Positions 55,204 to 64,000 of a stretch of 64,000 nt of DNA are shown in pieces. This DNA comes from Deltaproteobacteria bacterium. GTDB taxonomy: Bacteria; Myxococcota; Kuafuiibacteriia; Kuafuiibacteriales; Kuafuiibacteriaceae. The position numbers and the translations under genes are program-made. Each line of letters opens with the position of its first letter. The stretch's first letter is position 1. The notes under the pieces were generated by a model, which searched no databases, was not told where the DNA came from, and saw only the letters and a list, made by a program, of their open reading frames with translations. The DNA lies in NCBI GenBank assembly GCA_040218735.1, contig JAVJQW010000018.1, positions 192,001 to 256,000 on the forward strand, written 5' to 3'.

Positions 55204-56813
55204 AACGTCGCCGCGTCCTCGCCGCCATCGCGGTCGCGGTCGCGGTGGCGGCCTTCGTGTGGTCGAGGGACGAGGCGCCGGTGGGTGCGCCGGCGTCGCC
55301 ACCGTACGTCACGATCTTCATGGTCGACGGCCTGTCGCGCTCCGTCTTCGCGGAGGAGCTCGCGGCGGGGAACCTGCCGAACGTGCAGCGCCTGATCGAC
55401 GACGGCATCTATGTCGAACGGGGGGTCTCTTCGTTCCCGTCGATGACCGGCTACGGCTTTTGGCCCCTGCAGACCGGCGAGGACGCCGTGGTCAGCGGTG
55501 TGCTCGGCCTGCGGTGGCTGGACCGCGAGCGTGCGCAAGGCAACTTTCGAAGCTACGTGGGGAGCACGAACGTCGAGATGAACCTCGACCTCGTGCCGGA
55601 GCCGAAGACCGTCTTCGAACGGTTTGGCGACGCGCACAGCATGACGATCAACTCGTACAACAACCGCGGTGCGGTGCACTCCGTGAAGACCGGGTTCAAG
55701 TTCACCGCGGCGAAGTACGAAGGGCACTGGTGGGTCGCCGATCTCCTGGAGGCGATCCCCGTGTTCGAGGAGGAGCTGTCCCCGACCTGGGAGGAGGTCG
55801 AGCGGTACGCGGTTGATCTCCTCGTGGCTGATCTCGCGAATGGTCCGAAGGTGCAGTGGGTGACCTTCGTCTCGCCGGACACCTACGCGCACGTGAACGG
55901 TCTCGGGCCGGAGTACCCGGGGCTGGTGCGGATGGTCGATGGGATGGTGGGGCGGTACCGCGAAGCGGCCGCGGCGCGCGGCGTCGATGACGACCGGATC
56001 TACCTGTTCGTCTCGGACCACGGCGTCGAGAGCCTCGACCGAAACGTGCAGCTCGTGGACGAGCTCGGCGCGCGCGGCGTGCGCGCGTGGCGCGGGGAGG
56101 CGACGGTGCTGCTGTCGACGGGGGCGTTGGACACACTTCAGGCCTTCGCCGAGTACGACGTCGTCATGGCCATCAACGGGAACCTGATGAGCTACCTGTA
56201 CGTCCGGAGCCCTTCGGGGTGGGCGACGGCGCCGACGCTGCAGGACATGCGGTCCTACGCCGGCAAGGACCTCGTCGCGGAGCTGCTCGAGATCGAAGGC
56301 ATCGAACACGTCATCGCGCGTGACGGCGCGGACGTTCGGGTGTTTGCGTCCGACGGCGTCGCGACGATCGCGACGTCGAGCACCGGGTTCAGATACCGAT
56401 TCGAAGGCGAGGATCCTTTCGGGTACGCGGCGGATGAACGTGCGGCGCCGCTGGTCGGTGGTGGGTTTCACGACGCGCGCGCGTGGATCGAAGCCACCGC
56501 AGAGACTCCGTTCCCCTACGGGACGGTGCGCGTCGCGCGCCTGATGGCGCAGCCCGGCGCGGGGGATCTCGTCGTGACCAGCGCGCCTGGCTACGACCTC
56601 GCGAAGGACTACGAGATGTTCGTCGGCAACTATCGCGGCGGGCACGGCGGGCTACGTGCGGATCAGATCCTCGTGCCGTACGTGATCGCAGGGCCGGGTG
56701 TCCCGAAGGCGCGGCGTTTCGGAACCGCAGCCGTCGAAGACGTCGGTGCGACGCTCCTCGAGGCGCTCGGCGAGGCGCCCGCCGCCGTGGCCGGGCGCTC
56801 GCTGCTTCGGTAG
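55200..56813 (+). CDS. Alkaline phosphatase superfamily protein (nucleotide pyrophosphatase / phosphodiesterase)
   Basis: MVDG, FPSMT nucleophile motif, DTYAH, SDHG, GGHGG; N-terminal anchor. Confidence 0.85.
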   Translation: MKRRRVLAAIAVAVAVAAFVWSRDEAPVGAPASPPYVTIFMVDGLSRSVFAEELAAGNLPNVQRLIDDGIYVERGVSSFPSMTGYGFWPLQTGEDAVVSGVLGLRWLDRERAQGNFRSYVGSTNVEMNLDLVPEPKTVFERFGDAHSMTINSYNNRGAVHSVKTGFKFTAAKYEGHWWVADLLEAIPVFEEELSPTWEEVERYAVDLLVADLANGPKVQWVTFVSPDTYAHVNGLGPEYPGLVRMVDGMVGRYREAAAARGVDDDRIYLFVSDHGVESLDRNVQLVDELGARGVRAWRGEATVLLSTGALDTLQAFAEYDVVMAINGNLMSYLYVRSPSGWATAPTLQDMRSYAGKDLVAELLEIEGIEHVIARDGADVRVFASDGVATIATSSTGFRYRFEGEDPFGYAADERAAPLVGGGFHDARAWIEATAETPFPYGTVRVARLMAQPGAGDLVVTSAPGYDLAKDYEMFVGNYRGGHGGLRADQILVPYVIAGPGVPKARRFGTAAVEDVGATLLEALGEAPAAVAGRSLLR

Positions 56814-56884
56814 ACGTCGCGATCTTCGATCTCGATTGCGCGCGGCGACGGTGCGGTCTAGGGTGGCCGGGAGGGTTCGCCCCG

Positions 56885-57352
56885 ATGACGACCGACACCG
56901 AGAGCGACATCGACCCGAGGCAGGTCCTCAAGGAGTACGTGTCGAAGAACGGCCTGAAGCTCACGCGCCAGCGCGAGCTGATCGCCGAGGTCTTCTTCGC
57001 GGCCGGGGCGCACCTATCCGCCGAGGAGATGCTCGAGAAGGTGCGCGCCGAGGACGGCAACATCTCCCTCGCGACCGTCTACCGGACGCTGAAGCTCCTC
57101 ACGCAGTGTGGGCTCGCCGAGCCGCACAAGTTCTCGGACAACCACACGGTGTACGAGCCGGCGCGCGGCGACGAAGAGCACCACGATCACATCATCTGCA
57201 AGGACTGCGACCAGATCATCGAGTTCTTCGACGAGCGCATCGAGACGCTGCAGGAAGAGATCGCGCGCGGGTTGGGGTTCGAGGTCGTCGACCACCGCAT
57301 GGAGCTCTACGGGCGCTGCCAGAAGGAAGACTGCCCGAACAAGAAGGCCTGA
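56885..57352 (+). CDS. fur: Fur family transcriptional regulator
   Basis: GLKLTRQR, HLSAEE, LATVYRTL, HHDHIICKDC, IIEF, HRMELYGRC. Confidence 0.9.
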   Translation: MTTDTESDIDPRQVLKEYVSKNGLKLTRQRELIAEVFFAAGAHLSAEEMLEKVRAEDGNISLATVYRTLKLLTQCGLAEPHKFSDNHTVYEPARGDEEHHDHIICKDCDQIIEFFDERIETLQEEIARGLGFEVVDHRMELYGRCQKEDCPNKKA

Positions 57353-57366
57353 GCGGCCGGGCGGCG

Positions 57367-58440
57367 ATGGCCGTGGGCACCTCGGATCTGATCGCCCCGC
57401 GACGTGTGTGCCCGCGCTGCTTCGCGGTGTACCGCGCCGGGTTCACGCGGTGTCCGGTCGACGGCACCGAGCTCGAGACACTCGAACGTGACCACTTGCT
57501 GGGGGTGATGCTCTCCGGGACGTACGTCGTGGAGGCGTTGCTCGGGGAGGGGGCGATCGGGCGGGTGTATCGCGCGCGCCACGCGCTGTTGTCGCGGGAG
57601 TTCGCGGTGAAGGTGATGTTCGGCGACGTCGCGGCGAACGAGATCACGCGCCAGCGCTTCGTCCGCGAGGCGGAGGCCGCGAGCCGGCTGACCCACGACA
57701 ACATCGTGGGGCTCGTCGACTTCGGTCAGACGAAGGCGGGGCTGTTGTACATCGTCATGGACCTCATCGACGGCGAGACGCTCGAGGCGCTCGTCGAACG
57801 CGAGGGTCCGCTCCCGGAGGCGACGGCGGCGCGCTACGCCGCGCAGCTGCTGCGTGCGCTTCAGTACGCGCACGACAGCGGCGTGATCCACCGCGACCTG
57901 AAGCCGGCGAACATCGTCGTCGAGCGGCACGGCGCGGTGCGCGTCTTGGACTTCGGCGTCGCCTACGTGATCGATCCGGGCACCGAGGAGCGGGAGCGTC
58001 TGACCAAGTCGGGGTGTGTGGTCGGCACGCCGCTGTTCATGGCGCCAGAGCAGGCCTTCGGCCGCGACGTCACGGCGTCGTCGGATCTCTACAGCGTCGG
58101 CGTGGTGCTCTACTACCTCGTCGCGGGCGTCACGCCGTTCGACGCGAGCGCGATGACCCTCGCGCAGCTGATGCTGAAGGACCGCCTCCCCCCGATCGCG
58201 GAGCGCGCGCCGGACGTCGTGGTGAGCGACCACCTGCTCGGTGTGATCGACGCGCTGACCGCGCGCGACCCGAAGGACCGCCCGGCCTCCGCCGCCGAGG
58301 CGCTGGCGATGCTGCAGGGGACGCAGGATCTGATGGCGGAGGAAGTCGTCGTCGAGGCGCCGCGGCAGTGGCCGATCGTCCTGGGCGCGATCGCGTTTGT
58401 CCTCGCCGGTGCGATCTTGGTGTTCGCGCTGCTGTCGTAG
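57367..58440 (+). CDS. Ser/Thr kinase with N-terminal zinc ribbon and C-terminal TM anchor
   Basis: CPRC..CPVDG; LGEGAIGRVY, HRDLKPAN, DFG, GTPLFMAPE; terminal hydrophobic helix. Confidence 0.9.
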   Translation: MAVGTSDLIAPRRVCPRCFAVYRAGFTRCPVDGTELETLERDHLLGVMLSGTYVVEALLGEGAIGRVYRARHALLSREFAVKVMFGDVAANEITRQRFVREAEAASRLTHDNIVGLVDFGQTKAGLLYIVMDLIDGETLEALVEREGPLPEATAARYAAQLLRALQYAHDSGVIHRDLKPANIVVERHGAVRVLDFGVAYVIDPGTEERERLTKSGCVVGTPLFMAPEQAFGRDVTASSDLYSVGVVLYYLVAGVTPFDASAMTLAQLMLKDRLPPIAERAPDVVVSDHLLGVIDALTARDPKDRPASAAEALAMLQGTQDLMAEEVVVEAPRQWPIVLGAIAFVLAGAILVFALLS

Positions 58441-58447
58441 CTGCGCG

Positions 58448-59521
58448 TCAGACGAACCGCTGCGCCACGATCAGCACGACGGCCGCCAGGACGCCCGCGA
58501 CCACATCGTCGAGCATGATGCCGGCGGGGTTCTTCATCTTCGTATCGATCCAGCCCACGGGGCCGGGCTTCGCGATGTCGAAGAAGCGGAAGAGCACAAA
58601 CGCGGCGATGACCCACGGCCAGGACCAGGGGACGACGACCAGCGCGATGAGGACGCCGATGTACTCGTCGAAGACGACCTCGCTCGGGTCGAGGTCTTCG
58701 GTGTCGCCGGCGCAGTAGCGGTAGGCGACCAGGATCGACAGCGCCGTGAGCACGACGACGACCGCGCCGCGGACGACGGGCGAGTAGTCGGCGATGAACC
58801 ACGCGAGGGGGAGGGCGGTCACCGCGCCGACGGTGCCGGAGCCGCGCGGGGTGTAACCGGCGCCCGCGCAGGTGCAGACGTCGGCGGAGAGGCGGCCGGA
58901 GATGGCGCCGGCGAGTCCGACCTCCGCGATGCGTCGAGCGCGGATCTCGAGGATCGGGCGCACACACCACGCCGCCACCGGCGCCGTCGCCGCGAGCGCG
59001 AGGCCGAACGTCAGCGCCGGCGACGTCGGGCCGAGGAGCGCCGCGGCGATCGCAAACGCGCTCACGCCGAGGAGCGGGAACAGCGACCGCATGAAGAACG
59101 CGGCGATTGTTGCGGGCGCGGCGAGCCCGACGATGACGGCGAGGTCGGCCGCGTCGACCGAACGCGGCGCCAGCTCCAGGGCGCCGAAGAATATCAGCAC
59201 CGCGACGCACCACCCGATCGCCGGCGACCACGCGTCGACCGCCTCCGAGCGCTCCACCTCACGACGCGACAGCTCCGAGACGATCCCCAACACGATCGCG
59301 AGCAGCGCGCCGGACAGCCAGGCCATCGGCGTAAGCATCAGCCCGTACGCGACGCCGCCCACCACCGCGAGCGCGGCGGCGACGTACCGCGGGACGTCGC
59401 GCAGGACGAAGCCGCCGAGCGCGCCGACCTCCAGCGCGAGCCAGCCGTCGGCGCCGGTGAGCGTCGCCACGAAGAAGGCGAGCATCCCGCCGCCTGCGGC
59501 TGCGCCGAGCGTCGCGCCCAT
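58448..59521 (-). CDS. pgpA: Phosphatidylglycerophosphatase A with an extra N-terminal multi-TM domain
   Basis: GAGY.P.GSGTVG, DPSEVVFDEYIG, FVLFRFFDIAKP.P, GIMLDDVVAG; about 200 aa hydrophobic N-terminal extension. Confidence 0.82.
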   Translation of the reverse strand: MGATLGAAAGGGMLAFFVATLTGADGWLALEVGALGGFVLRDVPRYVAAALAVVGGVAYGLMLTPMAWLSGALLAIVLGIVSELSRREVERSEAVDAWSPAIGWCVAVLIFFGALELAPRSVDAADLAVIVGLAAPATIAAFFMRSLFPLLGVSAFAIAAALLGPTSPALTFGLALAATAPVAAWCVRPILEIRARRIAEVGLAGAISGRLSADVCTCAGAGYTPRGSGTVGAVTALPLAWFIADYSPVVRGAVVVVLTALSILVAYRYCAGDTEDLDPSEVVFDEYIGVLIALVVVPWSWPWVIAAFVLFRFFDIAKPGPVGWIDTKMKNPAGIMLDDVVAGVLAAVVLIVAQRFV

Positions 59522-61947
59522 CAGCTCGCCTTGGGTCGTTGGAGGAGACCGATCAGGGAGGTGAGCCAGAGGAGCGACGCCACCACGATCATGCCGAGGC
59601 CGAACAGCGCGACCGCGCCGAACGAGTTCAGGCCGGGGTGGTGCGCGAGGAGCAGCGCGCCGAAGCCTGCGGCGGTGGTGAGCGAGGCGCCCCACACCGC
59701 GCGCCCGGTTTCGCTGAGCGCGTCGACGATGTCGCCGCCCGCGAAGACCCCGCGCGTCACGAGGTGCACGCCGGCGTCGACCGCCATCCCGAACAACACC
59801 GGGAGGATCACGATGTTGAGGTAGTTGAGCTTCACGCCGCTCGCGGCGACCAACCCGAACGTGCCGATCACCGTGAGCAGCGCGGGGAGGATGCAGAAGA
59901 TTGCGAGCTTCAGTCGCCCGAGCAGCACCCACATCGCGAGGAACACCAACACCACCGTGAGGGACACGACGATCGGCGACTCACGCAGCACCATCCGCAA
60001 CACGTCCGCGAGCACCATGCCCTCGCCCGCGGCCGACACCGTCTTGCCGCTCGGGAGCGGGATGCCGCGCACCTCGTCGGAGAGGGCGAGGACTGCGCGG
60101 CCATCGCTGTTGCTCACGTTCGGGAACACGAGGATGACGCCACTCCCGGAGAACGAACGACGCACGTCGATCGGGAGGTCTTCGAACGCGAAGGGTTCGC
60201 CCTTCGACATCTTCACGAGCTCGTCGAAGCGTGTCTTGTCGTCCCCCTCCAACGCGTCGGCCGGGACCTTCGCGAGGATGTCGCCGAGCTCTTCGAGCGC
60301 CTCTTGTTTGGCGTCCTGGTCGGCCGGGACCACGTCGCCCGACGCGATGACGAAGTCGACGCCGGTCTTCTCGGCCTTCTCCATCCGCTCGCGCAGCGCG
60401 GCGACCGCGGCCTCCTCCTCTTCGCGCGAGTCGACGAAGACGATCGTCGGCGACTGCACGTGCCCGAGGAGCTCGTCGACGACCTTGTCGAGCGCGTAGG
60501 CCGGGATGTCGCCGCCCTCCAGCGTCTTGAAGTCGTAGTCGAACTGCACGCCGAGCCCGAAGATCGCGAGGCCGATCGTGAGGACCGTGGTCGCTCCGAA
60601 CACGAGCGGCGCCTTCTTCAGCACCCACCCCGTGAGCGGGAACGGGACGCCGCCGGAGGCTTCGCGCTTGAGGAAGCGGCCCAGGAGGCCGAGCAGCGCG
60701 GGGAGCGTCGTGAGGTACGAGATCACCACGAGCACGATCCCGAGCCCTGCGATCACGCCGAACTCGTGGAACGCGCGGAACTCCGAGATCGCCAGCCCCG
60801 AGAACCCGACCGCGGTCGTGATGCCCGCGAGCGCGACGCCGCGGCCCGTGCCGCGGAAGGTGATGCGAACCGCGTCCTCGCTCGAGAGGCCCCGCGCGCG
60901 CTCGTGTTGGTAGCGGCCGAGGAGGTGGATGCCGTTGTCGATGCCGAGCCCGAGCAGGATCGCGCCGACGAACGCCGTGAGGATGTTGAGCGTCGGGAAG
61001 AACAACGCGGTGATGCCGAGCAGCACCACGAGGCCGATGCCCAACGGTGTGAGTAGCAGGACCACGGCGGAGAGCCGGCGGAAGTGCACCACGATGTAGA
61101 GGACGAGCAGCAGCACCGCGACGAGTGAGGTGGTGCCGAGGTCGCCTTCGATCGTCGACAGCTGCTCGATGCGTTTCTTGTAGCGCCCGCCGAGCTCGAT
61201 CTTCGTGACGCCGTACTTGCTACCGTCGAACGCGTCGACGGTGGCTTCGACCTCCGCCATCACCTTCTTCGTGAACGCGAAGTCCGACGCACGTTTCATC
61301 GGGCGGACGAAGATCAGGAGCAGCTTGCCGTCGTCCGAGACGTAGTGGGTCTGGCTTCCCGACCGCGGGCCGCCGAGGCTTCGTTTCAATGGACTGCGCT
61401 TCTCTTCGAGGTGGGAGAAGTCGAGCGACGGTTTGCCTTCGTCGGCGATGTCGACGAGCAGCGGGTTGGCTTCCTTCTTGTGCCAGCGGATCGTCTCGTC
61501 GATTCGGTCTTGGATCTCTTCGATGTCCTCGACCTCGAGGAAGTACAGCGCGCGCTCCTTGAAGAAAGAGTCGGCGCGGCGGTGGTTGACGAAGTCGACG
61601 GTCTCGAGCTTCTCGAGCTCGACCGCGAGATCGTCCGCGTACTTTTCGAGCTGACGCGGGTCTTCGCCGTGCGCGACGACGACGACGTTACCGACGACGC
61701 CGAAGCGCTTGCGGAGCGCTTCGAGGCTCTTGACCGACGGGAAAGTCTCGGGGAGCAGCGCCACGAGATCGGTGTCGAGGCGCAAGCGCGTCGCGCTCAT
61801 GCCGCCGACGCCGACGAGCACCGCCGCGACGAGCAGCGTGATGAACGGGTGCCGATGACAGCGCGGCGCGATCCAGCTCGTGAGGGCCTCGAATCGGCGG
61901 GCGATCGGGCCGATGTCGTCGACCTCCGTCGTGGCTCGACCGCTCAT
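59521..61947 (-). CDS. MMPL/RND family transporter
   Basis: Two repeats with GLGIDNGIHL..RY and GMAVDAGVHL; TTAVGF / TTAAGF; large extracytoplasmic loops. Confidence 0.9.
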   Translation of the reverse strand: MSGRATTEVDDIGPIARRFEALTSWIAPRCHRHPFITLLVAAVLVGVGGMSATRLRLDTDLVALLPETFPSVKSLEALRKRFGVVGNVVVVAHGEDPRQLEKYADDLAVELEKLETVDFVNHRRADSFFKERALYFLEVEDIEEIQDRIDETIRWHKKEANPLLVDIADEGKPSLDFSHLEEKRSPLKRSLGGPRSGSQTHYVSDDGKLLLIFVRPMKRASDFAFTKKVMAEVEATVDAFDGSKYGVTKIELGGRYKKRIEQLSTIEGDLGTTSLVAVLLLVLYIVVHFRRLSAVVLLLTPLGIGLVVLLGITALFFPTLNILTAFVGAILLGLGIDNGIHLLGRYQHERARGLSSEDAVRITFRGTGRGVALAGITTAVGFSGLAISEFRAFHEFGVIAGLGIVLVVISYLTTLPALLGLLGRFLKREASGGVPFPLTGWVLKKAPLVFGATTVLTIGLAIFGLGVQFDYDFKTLEGGDIPAYALDKVVDELLGHVQSPTIVFVDSREEEEAAVAALRERMEKAEKTGVDFVIASGDVVPADQDAKQEALEELGDILAKVPADALEGDDKTRFDELVKMSKGEPFAFEDLPIDVRRSFSGSGVILVFPNVSNSDGRAVLALSDEVRGIPLPSGKTVSAAGEGMVLADVLRMVLRESPIVVSLTVVLVFLAMWVLLGRLKLAIFCILPALLTVIGTFGLVAASGVKLNYLNIVILPVLFGMAVDAGVHLVTRGVFAGGDIVDALSETGRAVWGASLTTAAGFGALLLAHHPGLNSFGAVALFGLGMIVVASLLWLTSLIGLLQRPKAS

Positions 61948-61997
61948 GGTGTGGCGAAGCCAACCACAGTGCGCAGGGCGTGTAAAAGCGACACGGC

Positions 61998-62948
61998 CTA
62001 CTCGTCAGTGAGGGTTATCTCGACGATCCCGGGGATGCGCTTCTTGGTGCCGCGCTCCTCGAGCACCCCGCGGAACGTGTACGTCACGGGGTTGCCGACG
62101 ATGCCCTTGATGACGCCGCCGAGGATGGCGCCGCGGTCCTCGATGGGCGCGAAGCGCTGCAGGAGCTTGGTCGTGGTCAGACGCCACTCCCCCTTGTCGC
62201 CCTTCACCATGGCCCGCCACCGGTCACCTTTGCGGTTCACCTGGGCGCGGCTGACGGTCGAGCGCCCGAAGCCGCCGGCCTCGTGCCAGCCGACCGGGGA
62301 TCCCGACTTCGGGAAGCGCACCACCATCACGCGCGGATCGTCGCCGCCGACGGCGCGGAAGCGCAGCCACTTCTTGGCGAGTGTGCTCGGGAGGATCTTG
62401 CTCCGCGAGTGGTCGGCGTAGCCGTGTCCCTTCAGCGTGCGCTTGGGGCCGGCGACGTCGAGCGTGACCTCGGCGTCGGACCAGAGGAGGAGGGTGTCGA
62501 GCTGATAGAAGTCGTCGCCGACGTTCGCCTCCATCGCGCGCTTCCGCTCCGGGTTCTTCTTCAGGCGGATCTCGACGTTCCCGTCCGGTGTCTTCGTGCT
62601 GAGCGTCAGGCCGCCCGCGCTCGTCGCGACGCAGTCGCCGATCTTCAGGGATTTCTTCGCGGCGTCGTACGCCCAAGCGTCCCGCTCGACGACGACCTCG
62701 CCCTTGTGCAGCTTGCCGGACCGATCGATGACCGCGAACCGGCAGGCGCCCTTGCCGTCGCCCGGCCCGACGTTCGACACGCCGAAGGTCGCGGTCGCGT
62801 AGGTGCCGTCGTCGAGGTCCACCATCACGCTGACCTGTTCGGTGTAGGTCTCGGCGCCAATCTGGGAGAAGGCGAGGGGTGCGTCGGCCGCGGCGGCGGT
62901 CGAGGCGGCCGCGAACGAAGCGGCCAGGGCAGTCAGAACGAGCCTCAT
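61998..62948 (-). CDS. Exported beta-rich protein, possibly of the CrtC/AttH/Svf1-like double-barrel fold
   Basis: Signal peptide; YTE near the N-terminus and LKGHGYADHS motif. Confidence 0.55.
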   Translation of the reverse strand: MRLVLTALAASFAAASTAAAADAPLAFSQIGAETYTEQVSVMVDLDDGTYATATFGVSNVGPGDGKGACRFAVIDRSGKLHKGEVVVERDAWAYDAAKKSLKIGDCVATSAGGLTLSTKTPDGNVEIRLKKNPERKRAMEANVGDDFYQLDTLLLWSDAEVTLDVAGPKRTLKGHGYADHSRSKILPSTLAKKWLRFRAVGGDDPRVMVVRFPKSGSPVGWHEAGGFGRSTVSRAQVNRKGDRWRAMVKGDKGEWRLTTTKLLQRFAPIEDRGAILGGVIKGIVGNPVTYTFRGVLEERGTKKRIPGIVEITLTDE

Positions 62949-63052
62949 ACGCGGAACCTAACACGACCCGCCACAGGGGGATTCCGGCTGTGATGGCGAC
63001 GACTTTCGTCGGCTGGCCAACGCGGTGCGGCGACACTAGACTCCCCGGCCTG

Positions 63053-63889
63053 GTGCGACGCCTCTTCGTTTTCGGTCTCGCGTTTGCGCTCGTCCATTGC
63101 TCCGGCGGGGACGAGGGCGATGACGACTCGACGTTCGTCCCGCTCGACGCGCGCCCCGCCTACGACGGCGGCCCCGGCGCACGCGACGCCGGAGAGCCAC
63201 CGGCCGATTCGGGCGTCGTCGACGGCGGCGAAGCCCGGGACGCCGGCGAAGGCGATCGCGACGGCGGCGTGGTCGACGGCGGCGCGCGCGACGGCGGTGT
63301 CGAGCGCGACGCAGGTTCGCACGACGCCGGTCCGCGTGACGCGGGCGCGCCGCGCGACGCCGGCCCACCGCGCGACGCCGGCCCGCCGCGCGACGCGGGT
63401 CCGCCCCGTGACGCCGGTCCACCGCGGGACGGCGGACCGCGCGACGGCGGCGCGCTGCCGCAGGTCGCCAACGAAACCGACGCGCCCGAGGAGTGCGACT
63501 ACTGCAACCTCCAGTTCCCGTCGACGCTCACCGTGAACGCGGGCGTCGCGTCCGACCCGATCTACGCGCAGATCTACGAGCTCGGGGAGACGGAGGCGGC
63601 GGGCCCCGGCGCCAACGTCATCGCGCAAATCGGCTATGGCCCCGCCGGCACCGACCCGCGCACGTCGACCGCTTGGGACTGGCAGGCGGCGAGCTTCAAC
63701 GTGAACGTCGGCAACAACGACGAGTACGACGGCTCGTTCACGGTCGCGACGCCGGGGAGTTATCTGTACACCGCGCGCTTCTCGCTCGATGGCGGGCTGT
63801 CGTTCACCTACGCCGACCTCGATGGCGCCGGCTCGAACGGTGGCCTGGACTTCTCGCTCGCGCAGCTCGGGCAGCTCACGGTGAACTGA
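63053..63889 (+). CDS. Lipoprotein with DAG/DGG repeat linker and C-terminal Ig-like module resembling amylopullulanase accessory domains
   Basis: Lipobox LVHC; NLQFP, IYAQIY, AQIGYGP, GNNDEY, Y.Y..RFS.DGG..YADLDG. Confidence 0.7.
   Translation: MRRLFVFGLAFALVHCSGGDEGDDDSTFVPLDARPAYDGGPGARDAGEPPADSGVVDGGEARDAGEGDRDGGVVDGGARDGGVERDAGSHDAGPRDAGAPRDAGPPRDAGPPRDAGPPRDAGPPRDGGPRDGGALPQVANETDAPEECDYCNLQFPSTLTVNAGVASDPIYAQIYELGETEAAGPGANVIAQIGYGPAGTDPRTSTAWDWQAASFNVNVGNNDEYDGSFTVATPGSYLYTARFSLDGGLSFTYADLDGAGSNGGLDFSLAQLGQLTVN
63163..63451 (+). repeat. Low-complexity coding repeat (RDAG/RDGG units, including 18-bp PRDAGP tandems)
   Basis: More than a dozen D[AGS]G tripeptides in the linker. Confidence 0.85.
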
Positions 63890-63891
63890 CC

Positions 63892-64000
63892 GTGGCGGAC
63901 GCGGCGCGGTACCCGATCCTCGCCGCACCGGTGCGCGAAGAGATCGAGATCGACCGCAGCCGCTTCATCGGGTCCCTCGCCAACGTCGAATCCGTCGAAG
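63892..64000 (+). CDS. YigZ/IMPACT family protein (5' part; runs off the right edge)
   Basis: GTG start; YPILAAPVREEIEIDRSRFIG matches the YigZ N-terminal E..I.KSRFI motif. Confidence 0.65.
   Translation, partial: MADAARYPILAAPVREEIEIDRSRFIGSLANVESVE

Noticed and set aside
63330-63451. Short tandem repeats as a possible CRISPR array
   Set aside because: In-frame coding repeats without unique spacers; no cas genes.

Overview
Very GC-rich, gene-dense bacterial chromosome segment whose gene content points to Myxococcota (myxobacteria or relatives): four Hanks-type Ser/Thr kinases, a Myxococcales-type sigma-70, a caspase-ECF cassette and DAG-repeat lipoproteins. About 48 genes can be supported; most other long ORFs in the track are antisense or off-frame shadows caused by high GC. 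No rRNA, tRNA, CRISPR array, transposase or phage gene is visible. Main blocks: (1) sigma54 activator / STK-STAND-FGE kinase / FHA-GAF-PAS operon; (2) ExbB-ExbD-TonB-TBDR-triple-HmuY heme uptake locus with a Fur-box-like site; (3) oxoprolinase, aminotransferase and other metabolic genes; (4) STK / TPR-TBDR / sigma-70 / zinc-finger STK signalling run; (5) rnr, an NTT-HEAT transporter, mdh and an icd homologue; (6) ECF / anti-sigma / caspase / FG-GAP operon followed by a secreted metalloprotease operon, both preceded by the same upstream motif; (7) lipocalin-like / MMPL / PgpA-fusion operon. The most striking observation is the intact icd homologue beside mdh: it has lost most active-site residues supplied by its own subunit but kept those donated to the partner subunit, suggesting a non-catalytic subunit of a heteromeric bacterial IDH. 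All family calls come from motif recognition by eye, not from database searches; start codons are best estimates.
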